Source: Fonticula alba ATCC 38817 (Eukaryota; Protista; Nucleariida). From it: 14,192 bases of DNA. A program made the position numbers and the translations under genes. Within the stretch, counting starts at the first letter, position 1; each line of letters begins with the position of its first letter. The stretch lies in assembly GCA_000388065.2 (NCBI GenBank), contig KB932203.1; one strand, written 5' to 3'. This document shows, piece after piece, positions 1 to 6,643 of the stretch. Below the pieces are notes generated by a model. The model worked only from the letters and a program-made list of their open reading frames with translations, made no database searches and was not told the origin of the DNA.

Positions 1-44
1 CAGCAGTGTCCGATTTTCCGCGATCCCTTCCCCCCGCCTCACAG

Positions 45-3000
45 CGCAAGCCGGTTGAGTTCAACCAGGCCATTGCCTACGTCAACAAGATCAAGAATCG
101 CTTCCAGCACCAGCCGGACATCTACAAGCAGTTCCTCGACATCCTGCACACCTATCAGAAGAACAACCGCTCCATCCAGGACGTCCGCAATGAAGTGGCC
201 CACCTGTTCAGCATGCACTTGGATCTGCTGGAGGAGTTTTCGCAATTCCTCCCGGATACCAGTGCCCCGGAGGCGGACGCCGGGTCCGGCGACCTGCCTG
301 GCAGTCTGACCGACTCGGGCCCCGGTGGCGCGGACTTCCCCGGCACCGGCCCCAGCGGGCTGGAGCCCTCGGACGCCGTGAATACCCTCTCCTCCGCCGG
401 TCGGTCGCTCGATGGTGTTGACGATCTTGCCGGGGCCCGTGGCGTGGGGCTCCTGCTCGACCCCGCCGGGGATGGGCATCCCAGCACCGTCGGGCACCCT
501 GGTGCCAAGGCCGGCCCGGGCGCCAAGGGCCCCAAGGCCGACACCAAGGCCACACCGGCGGCGGCGGCGGCGGCTGCCGCGGCGGCGGCGGCTGCGGCGG
601 CGGCCGGGCAGAAGCGCGGCGCCACTGCCGCCGGGGTTGGCGGCCTCCCTTCGGGCGCCAACTCGGCGGCGTCGAAGCGCGCGCGTATGGCGGCGGCGGC
701 GGCGGCTTCGGCGGCCGCTGCTGCGGCGGCCGCTGCCGCCGCCACCGGGGTGCCGGCTGCCGGCGGAAGCCAGCACCACTTGGCTCCGGCCCCTGGGGCG
801 CCCGGTGCTGGGCACCATCTTGCCCCGGCGCCGGGGGCTTTGTTGCCCCCCGGCGGGCAGGCCGGCCCGGCACTTCCCCAAGCGCCGGCGGTGCTGAATG
901 TCAAGCCGCAACTGCCGACCCCGAGCACGGTGGGCCTGTTGCCGCCGAATTCCGTGTCCGGGGCGGTGCTGGCCTCGGCTTCGGCCATGGCGGCCAATGT
1001 GTCCAAGGCCATGGGGCCGCTGGTGACGCCGGCCACCACGCCGCTGGCCGCGCCGGCCGGCTCTGCCCTGGGCAGCCTGCCCATGTCGGCGGCCTCGGGG
1101 CTGGTGTCCCTGACCGGCGGGTCGACCATCCTGGACATCGACATCCTGGAGCGCACCAAGGCCATCCTCTTCAGCACCGGCAAGGGCCGCCTGGTGTACA
1201 ATGAGTTCCTCCGGTGCCTGTCGCTCTTCTCGGCCCAGGTGATCTCCGCGCGGGACCTCTACCGGGTCATCCATGTGCTGTTGAATAGCAGCTGCGCCGG
1301 GCAAACCGGCTCGGCACACGGCCAGTATGAGGATCTCCTGCGGAGCTTCCGCATTCTCCTGAGCCTGGAGCTGGATGCGCCGGTGTCCGGCGGCACGCAT
1401 CGCAGCCAGCGCGGCAGCATCGATCCGGACCTGGTGCACGCGCGCAATCTCGATCCCGACGATTATGCCGAGGTGGATGATGACGGTGTGGCCGGGCGGT
1501 CGCTGGTGGACAGCCCCCGGCAGCTGGCCACCGAGAGCCTCCCCCGGCATGGGCCCAGCTACCGGCTGCTGCCTCGGCGTTACCAATTCCCCCGGTGCTC
1601 CGGCCGGGATGAGCTGTGCGCCGAGGTGCTGAATGATGTGTGGGTGTCGGTCCCCTGCTTCAGCGAGGACAACCGGTCGATCACCATCAAGAAGAACCCC
1701 TCGGAGGAGGCCACCTCCCGGTCGGAGGATGAGCGCTATGAGCTGGATCACATCCTGGAGCTCAATGCCCAAACCATCCGGGTCATGGAGGATGTCAAGC
1801 GCCAGATGGACCTGATGACCGATGCCGAGCGCCGAGCCTTCCGCCTGGATGAGCGTCTGGGCGGGACCAGCACCCGGCTCTATGCTCGGGCCATTGGCCG
1901 GATCTATGGCGACCACTCGCCGATCATCATCCAGGGATTGATGAACTCCCCGGCCCAGGTGGTGCCCATGGTGCTGGACCGCCTGCGGGACAAGGAGTCC
2001 GAGTGGCTGCGCGCCCAGCGGGAGTGGAACAAAATTTGGCGCGACTCCTACACCAAGAACCACCTGCGCGCGTTGGATTACCAACACGTGCAGTTCAAGC
2101 AGCAGGACAAGCGTTACATCACTTCGCGCTCGCTGCTGCAGGAGATCGACTCGCTGGCCAGTGGCACCCTGGCCGGGGTCGGGGCCGGCAGCGCCATCTT
2201 CGGGGCCACCATCGGCCTGGGCACGGCGGCGCTGCATGCCTTCCCGCCGCACTTTGACATCTGCCTCGGCGATGATGATGTCGACATGGCCCGGCCGCAG
2301 AATGTCGGCAATGATGCCATCACCTCGCTCTCGGCCTCGGTTCGTTTGGCCCAGGTGGCTGATGGTGTCAGCCGGCCGGTCCACCCGGCGCAGAGCACCG
2401 CCCCGGCCGATGCCTTCCGTCTGGTGGTCGGGCTGCTGGAGCGCGAGCGCGAGCGCCTGTCCGGCGCCCAGCAGCATGATCGCGAGCGGGCGCTGCTCTT
2501 CATGACGCACTTCGTGGCGGTCTTCCTGCGTTTGCCGGTGTCCACCAATGCCGAGTCGGACGCGACGGCCGATGGCCACTCGGTGGCCGATGGCCACTCG
2601 GCCCCGACGCCGCCTCTGGGCTCTCCGTCGACCGGCGGCCCCGGCGCCGGGCCCACCGGTGCCGGGTCCCGCTCGGTGACGGCCTCCTGCTCGGTGGACG
2701 GCCTGTCTGCCGGGAGCAATGGGGCTTCGCCGGGGGCCGGGGCCGGCAACACCGGCATTCGGCCTCCGACCGGGGTTTCCTCGCGTCAGTGCCCGGCCTC
2801 GCAGGCCGGGCTTCCATGCGCATGCGACTTCGTCAATCAGTCTCTGACGCGCGTGTGTGCCGGGTCCTTCCTGCGGGACTTGAGCGATGTCTTCTTCGCG
2901 GATAGCACATTGTACTCCTTCTTCCGGCTGTTCCTCCTGCTGGTGGTGCGCCTGGCCCGCTTGGAAACCGCCGGGGCATTGATCTTCCTGGACGAGTCGC

Positions 3001-6000
3001 TGGGCTTCTGCCGGGTGAACCGTTCGGCCCGGGACCTTGGCCTCCAGCGGGCTCCCTGCTTCGAGGTGACCGGGGCCGGGAATGCGGCCACCAGCGGCAA
3101 GCTGGCCGGCCGGCAGACGGCCGCCGGCCATGGGACCGGTGCCATCTCCAGCGGGGACCCCGGTGCCGACCCGGATGCCGGGCCTGCCCCCCGGCCGGAC
3201 CCGATCGACCCCTACCCCATCCTGCTGGGGTTGATTGATTCGCTGCTTCAGTCGACCATCGAGACCAGTCGCTTTGAGGAGGCCGCGCGCGATCTCTTCG
3301 GCACTCGTGCCTATCCCATCCACACGGTTGACAAGGTCATTCAGCTGATTGCCCGGCTGGCGGTGCAAATTTCCTCCTCGGCCACTTCCAGCCGGCTGGT
3401 CGGCCTGTATTTGATCCATTCCGGCAGGCCGCAGATGCCCGAGGCCTTTGAGGCTCACATTTCCGAAGAGGAGCTCGCCCAGCTGGATGCCCAGTTTACC
3501 GACCCCGCTGGGGGGGCCGGCAGCGATAGTGATGACGACCGGGCCGCCTCGCCGGCGGCCGGTGGTCGGCCGTCCTCCAGCCGGAGCAGCTCCTCCGGTG
3601 GCCGTGCCGGTGCCGGTGGTTCGGGCGCCTCGCGTCGGAGCCGGAACACTCGCAATTCCCGGTCTTCCGCTCTGTCGGAGGACACCCTCATGGCGGACTC
3701 GCTCAAGTCTTCTTCCTCCTCCTCCTCCTCCTCGACGTCTTCGCTTTCCTCGATCGACTCGACTGCCGACGATCCGGCCTCGACCGCCGGCTCCATGCTA
3801 GATGAGGAGTCCGGCGTGCGGGTCAAGTCCGAGAGCACCACCGGCGAGGGGGAAGATTCCCATGTCAATGGTGGGGCCATCCTGCAGCGCAAGCGGGATG
3901 CCCTGCACTCGCTCAAGCGCCTGCCGCGTACATGCTGCCTGTCGGTCGATGGGGATGGCCGGTGCACCCTGCCTCCCGGGGCTTGCCCTTCGGCGACTTT
4001 GGCCCGGTTGATTCCCACCTCGTCGGATCTGCAACTGTACCTGGCCCGGGCCGATGCCCTGGTGCGTGGGTCATCCGAGACCGCGCTCTTCCGCATTGAC
4101 TACCTCTTCCCGCCGGTGACCCCGGCGGCCGGGCCAGGTGGCGAGTCGCCGACCGCGGCCACGGCGGCCGGCCTTGGCGCCGGGCCGGCGGCCAGCCGCC
4201 CCATCATCACGACATCCATGCTGGACTCGGTGGCGGCCATGCACCCGGAGGTGGCGGCCGCCGCGGCCGCCGCACCTCCCCGGCGGCATGTCGGCATGGG
4301 GGCCATCGTCTCCTCGGACCCGGAGCTCCCGCGCCGGACGCACAACAACCCGCTGGAGTACAAGCCGCGCTTTGCCACCTCCCCGCCGACTCCCTCGCCG
4401 GATCTGCCGCGGGTGCTCATTCGCATGCTTCCCCCGCGGGCGGCCACCTTCACGGCGCAGGCCCTGTCCACGGCGGCCAGCCGTACCGGCGCCTCGCCGG
4501 ACCAGGTGTCCTCACTGACCATTGTTCCGCCAGTCGAGGCGGACAATGCCGTGGGGCCCATCTTCCCGCCCTTCGATCGGGCCTCCTTCGAAAAGGCCCA
4601 GCATGCAGCCGATGGTGGCCTGGTCCTGCCGGTGGATCTCTCCCTGGCGGGGCGGCCGGGTCGCACCTGCCCGAGTATCTACTGGCTGCAGCGGTCCTCC
4701 GAGCAGCAGCAGCAGCAGCAACAACAATCTGCAAGGTCCTCGGGAGGCGCCAGCAGCTCGGGTAGTCCGCTGAATCGGGGCCCCGACCGGGGCCTGTATG
4801 TGGCGGCTTCGCGTGCGGTTGCGACGGCCGATTCGGGGTCCAGTCTGACCGTGCGCTTTGGCAGTGCGGCCACCGACAACTGGGCCGAGTATGTGGATCT
4901 GTTTGTCCGTTCGCCGGCGGCGGCGGCTGCCGCCGCGTCGGCCTCCTCGACTCCGAGCAGCCCGACTTCCGGTGATGCCACGCCCGTGGCTCTTCCCTTC
5001 CTGCGTCGCTCTTGGACTCGGCGGTCGACGGTCTCCCCGGCGGCCGTCCGCTCGGCCAGCTCGTTGGCCTGCAAGATCAATCTCAACACGTATCGGCTGT
5101 TCTTCGTCGGTGGCGGGGAGGATAGCTTCCTGCTGGCCTCGCCGGGCTTGCAGGGGCCCGCCGCGACGCGGGCTCTCGGCACCACCACCGGTCGCGTTGG
5201 GCGTTTCCGCCGGAAGATGGCCTCGCTCTTGGCCGCCCTGCCGGCGGCTGCTGAGCCCACGCAAGCCAGCCCGGTTGCCGAGGAGCCGACCCCGATGGTT
5301 GTCGAGGAGCCAGCTGTTGCCGCTTCGACGGTCGGGGGTGGCTCCTCCATCACGGCGGAGCCGGCCACCGCCAGCGTGGCCGGGTCCTCCAATCCCGATG
5401 TCAAGACACCGGCCTCAACGTCAATCCCACCGGTCCAGGTCAAGAGTGAGAAGCCGGCCTCGTTGGCGACCTCCATGCCGGCGTCCAGCTCGACACCGGC
5501 GCCGGTGGAAATGGCCGCCCTCGTTCCGCCAAGTGCCGGCGATGCTCCCCATGCCCCAGGCGCCTCTCCGGCACCTGGTGCTTCGTCGACTGGCGCATCC
5601 TCCCCGGCCAAGGCGGATGCCATCATGCAGCCAGCCCCCTCTTCCTCCTCCTCTTCCTCTTCAGAAAGCGCCCCGGCTCCGAGCTCTTCTTCTTCTTCTC
5701 CACCGGCTGCGGCGGCAATGCCCGACACCACTGGAGACAATGCTGCCGCCTCCCCGGCGGCAGCCCAGGCGGCAACTCCGCCGGCCGCGGAGCCTTCTTC
5801 AGTCGCTGCCCCGGCTACCATTGTCCCGGCCGCCCCCGCCCCCGCCGCTGCCGCTGCCCCTGCCAGCACTCCGGCCGTCGAGCCGGCCTTCCCAGCCGCC
5901 AGTGGGGGAGATCTCCAGCCCGGCAAGTCATCTACCGCTCTCCCATCGCCCGCCTCCAAGGCGGTGCCTGCCGATGGCAAGGTGACCTCTCCTCGCCCGG

Positions 6001-6023
6001 CCGGCAGCCCAGCCAACGAGTGA
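45..6023 (+). CDS. SIN3: Sin3 paired amphipathic helix transcriptional co-repressor (Sin3/HDAC scaffold), 5'-partial; one very long exon
   Basis: The translation contains the Sin3 hallmarks in order: PAH (KPVEFNQAIAYVNKIKNRFQHQPDIYKQFLDILHTYQK...FSQFLPD), PAH3-like (VYNEFLRCLSLFSAQVIS), HDAC-interaction domain (GPSYRLLP...CSGRDELCAEVLNDVWVSVP..SED...EDERYELD...RLDERLGGTS...LDYQHVQFKQQD) and Sin3 C-terminal blocks. The ORF-track start at 6 is a GTG. A pyrimidine tract plus CAG at 27-44 (cttccccccgcctcacag) gives an in-frame acceptor, so the exon likely starts at 45 and the N-terminus (PAH1) lies upstream of the window. Stop TGA at 6021-6023. Confidence 0.96.
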   Translation, partial: RKPVEFNQAIAYVNKIKNRFQHQPDIYKQFLDILHTYQKNNRSIQDVRNEVAHLFSMHLDLLEEFSQFLPDTSAPEADAGSGDLPGSLTDSGPGGADFPGTGPSGLEPSDAVNTLSSAGRSLDGVDDLAGARGVGLLLDPAGDGHPSTVGHPGAKAGPGAKGPKADTKATPAAAAAAAAAAAAAAAAGQKRGATAAGVGGLPSGANSAASKRARMAAAAAASAAAAAAAAAAATGVPAAGGSQHHLAPAPGAPGAGHHLAPAPGALLPPGGQAGPALPQAPAVLNVKPQLPTPSTVGLLPPNSVSGAVLASASAMAANVSKAMGPLVTPATTPLAAPAGSALGSLPMSAASGLVSLTGGSTILDIDILERTKAILFSTGKGRLVYNEFLRCLSLFSAQVISARDLYRVIHVLLNSSCAGQTGSAHGQYEDLLRSFRILLSLELDAPVSGGTHRSQRGSIDPDLVHARNLDPDDYAEVDDDGVAGRSLVDSPRQLATESLPRHGPSYRLLPRRYQFPRCSGRDELCAEVLNDVWVSVPCFSEDNRSITIKKNPSEEATSRSEDERYELDHILELNAQTIRVMEDVKRQMDLMTDAERRAFRLDERLGGTSTRLYARAIGRIYGDHSPIIIQGLMNSPAQVVPMVLDRLRDKESEWLRAQREWNKIWRDSYTKNHLRALDYQHVQFKQQDKRYITSRSLLQEIDSLASGTLAGVGAGSAIFGATIGLGTAALHAFPPHFDICLGDDDVDMARPQNVGNDAITSLSASVRLAQVADGVSRPVHPAQSTAPADAFRLVVGLLERERERLSGAQQHDRERALLFMTHFVAVFLRLPVSTNAESDATADGHSVADGHSAPTPPLGSPSTGGPGAGPTGAGSRSVTASCSVDGLSAGSNGASPGAGAGNTGIRPPTGVSSRQCPASQAGLPCACDFVNQSLTRVCAGSFLRDLSDVFFADSTLYSFFRLFLLLVVRLARLETAGALIFLDESLGFCRVNRSARDLGLQRAPCFEVTGAGNAATSGKLAGRQTAAGHGTGAISSGDPGADPDAGPAPRPDPIDPYPILLGLIDSLLQSTIETSRFEEAARDLFGTRAYPIHTVDKVIQLIARLAVQISSSATSSRLVGLYLIHSGRPQMPEAFEAHISEEELAQLDAQFTDPAGGAGSDSDDDRAASPAAGGRPSSSRSSSSGGRAGAGGSGASRRSRNTRNSRSSALSEDTLMADSLKSSSSSSSSSTSSLSSIDSTADDPASTAGSMLDEESGVRVKSESTTGEGEDSHVNGGAILQRKRDALHSLKRLPRTCCLSVDGDGRCTLPPGACPSATLARLIPTSSDLQLYLARADALVRGSSETALFRIDYLFPPVTPAAGPGGESPTAATAAGLGAGPAASRPIITTSMLDSVAAMHPEVAAAAAAAPPRRHVGMGAIVSSDPELPRRTHNNPLEYKPRFATSPPTPSPDLPRVLIRMLPPRAATFTAQALSTAASRTGASPDQVSSLTIVPPVEADNAVGPIFPPFDRASFEKAQHAADGGLVLPVDLSLAGRPGRTCPSIYWLQRSSEQQQQQQQQSARSSGGASSSGSPLNRGPDRGLYVAASRAVATADSGSSLTVRFGSAATDNWAEYVDLFVRSPAAAAAAASASSTPSSPTSGDATPVALPFLRRSWTRRSTVSPAAVRSASSLACKINLNTYRLFFVGGGEDSFLLASPGLQGPAATRALGTTTGRVGRFRRKMASLLAALPAAAEPTQASPVAEEPTPMVVEEPAVAASTVGGGSSITAEPATASVAGSSNPDVKTPASTSIPPVQVKSEKPASLATSMPASSSTPAPVEMAALVPPSAGDAPHAPGASPAPGASSTGASSPAKADAIMQPAPSSSSSSSSESAPAPSSSSSSPPAAAAMPDTTGDNAAASPAAAQAATPPAAEPSSVAAPATIVPAAPAPAAAAAPASTPAVEPAFPAASGGDLQPGKSSTALPSPASKAVPADGKVTSPRPAGSPANE
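48..257 (+). other. Sin3 PAH domain (most similar to PAH2)
   Basis: PVEFNQAIAYVNKIKNRF...PDIYKQFLDILHTYQ...VAHLF...DLLEEFSQFLPD follows the Sin3 PAH2 pattern recalled from animal and fungal Sin3 (PVEFNHAINYVNKIKNRF...FLPD). Confidence 0.85.
1135..1366 (+). other. Sin3 PAH3-like domain (divergent, with a small insertion)
   Basis: ILERTKAIL...VYNEFLRCLSLFSAQVISARDLYRVIHVLL...YEDLLRSFRILL resembles the PAH3 consensus YxxFLRCLxxFxQExIS...L...F..FL. Confidence 0.7.
1548..2152 (+). other. Sin3 HDAC-interaction domain (HID)
   Basis: HGPSYRLLP...CSGRDELCAEVLNDVWVS...SEDERYELDHILELNAQTIRVME...GGTS...IGRIYG...PMVLDRLRDKESEW...LRALDYQHVQFKQQDKRYITSRSLLQEI. Confidence 0.9.
2889..5132 (+). other. Sin3 C-terminal conserved region, interrupted by long Ser/Ala/Gly/Pro-rich insertions
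   Basis: Recognisable blocks: VFFADSTLYSFFRLFLLLVVRL; YPILLGLIDSLLQSTIETSRFEEAARDLFGTRAYPIHTVDKVIQLI; LYLARADALV...LFRIDY; WAEYVDLFV; PFLRRS; SLACKINLNTYRLFFVGGGEDSFL. Confidence 0.8.
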
Positions 6024-6126
6024 CTTCAGGCGTGTACTGCATTGCGCCCTGCTTTTTCGACCTTGAGTTTTCCTCTGCCAATATATGTCCTTTTCCTCCT
6101 TCTCTCTTATTCGACAAGATGGGACT

Positions 6127-6219
6127 GGGGGGGGGGGGGGGGGGGGGGGAGGGGGGGGGGGGGGGGGGGGGGGGGAGGAGGAAGAGGGGGGGGGGGGCGG
6201 GGGGGGGGGGGGGGAGGGG
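6127..6219 (+). repeat. Interrupted poly-G tract (~93 nt; runs of about 23 and 25 G)
   Basis: Read directly from the sequence; interrupted only by a few A and one C. Confidence 0.95.
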
Positions 6220-6264
6220 TATCAGACAGCCTGTTGCATGCTATAGCCTCCTGCAGGACGGCGA

Positions 6265-6270
6265 AATAAA
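6265..6270 (+). promoter_or_regulatory. Possible polyadenylation signal AATAAA for Sin3
   Basis: AATAAA lies about 240 nt downstream of the Sin3 stop on the same strand. It could be chance, because it falls inside the IVD-derived intron segment, and poly(A) signal usage in this organism is unknown. Confidence 0.25.
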
Positions 6271-6284
6271 GTGTCTGCACGTAC

Positions 6285-6357
6285 CCAGGCACTGGATGGC
6301 ATCGAGAGCCACCTCGGTGGCGCGCTCGGCACAGTAGAGGATGACACCGGCACAATC
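6285..6357 (-). pseudogene. IVD: Isolated exon of isovaleryl-CoA dehydrogenase (acyl-CoA dehydrogenase C-terminal helix), orphan fragment
   Basis: Encodes [24 protein letters not shown](G), closely matching the IVD segment [25 protein letters not shown] that precedes GNGY. Flanked by a pyrimidine tract plus cccacAAG acceptor (ends 6358) and a GTACGT donor (6284). No upstream or downstream IVD exon is visible in the window. Confidence 0.8.
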
Positions 6358-6363
6358 CTTGTG

Positions 6364-6400
6364 GGAGGGGAAGGAGGGGGGGAGAGAGAGAGAGGGGGGG
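6364..6400 (+). repeat. G/A-rich low-complexity tract (polypyrimidine tract on - strand) upstream of the IVD exon
   Basis: ggagggggaaggaggggg ggagagagagagaggggggg, read directly. Confidence 0.8.
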
Positions 6401-6643
6401 ACGAGTACGCACTGCTTCCTTGGTCGGTCATTCACGGGCATGTGTATATTTTCATGACACCGTCGGAGGAAGACAAAATTGGGGCACGAGTGGGAGAGAG
6501 AGAGAGAGAGAACGCACGCACGTGTGCGCGTGTGTGTGTGTGGTGGCGGAAGGGAAATGGAAAAGCGTGCGGGCGGTGCGGGGTGTGCCTTCCTCGGCGG
6601 TCTGATCGGGTTTCCCTGTCAGTGGTTTGCCTTCGCCGGTCCC

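Noticed and set aside
6-44. GTG start of the Sin3 ORF given by the ORF track
   Set aside because: Eukaryotic gene. The segment ends in a pyrimidine tract plus CAG that gives an in-frame acceptor, so it is more likely intron, and PAH1 is missing.
2568-2600. Exact 15-nt tandem duplication (ADGHS x2) in Sin3
   Set aside because: Ordinary slippage in a disordered linker; no functional implication visible.
39-3458. 1139-aa antisense ORF (and 4679-6016, 155-1201 and others) opposite Sin3
   Set aside because: Shadow ORFs expected from GC-rich codon usage; no recognisable domain, and the + frame carries clear Sin3 homology.
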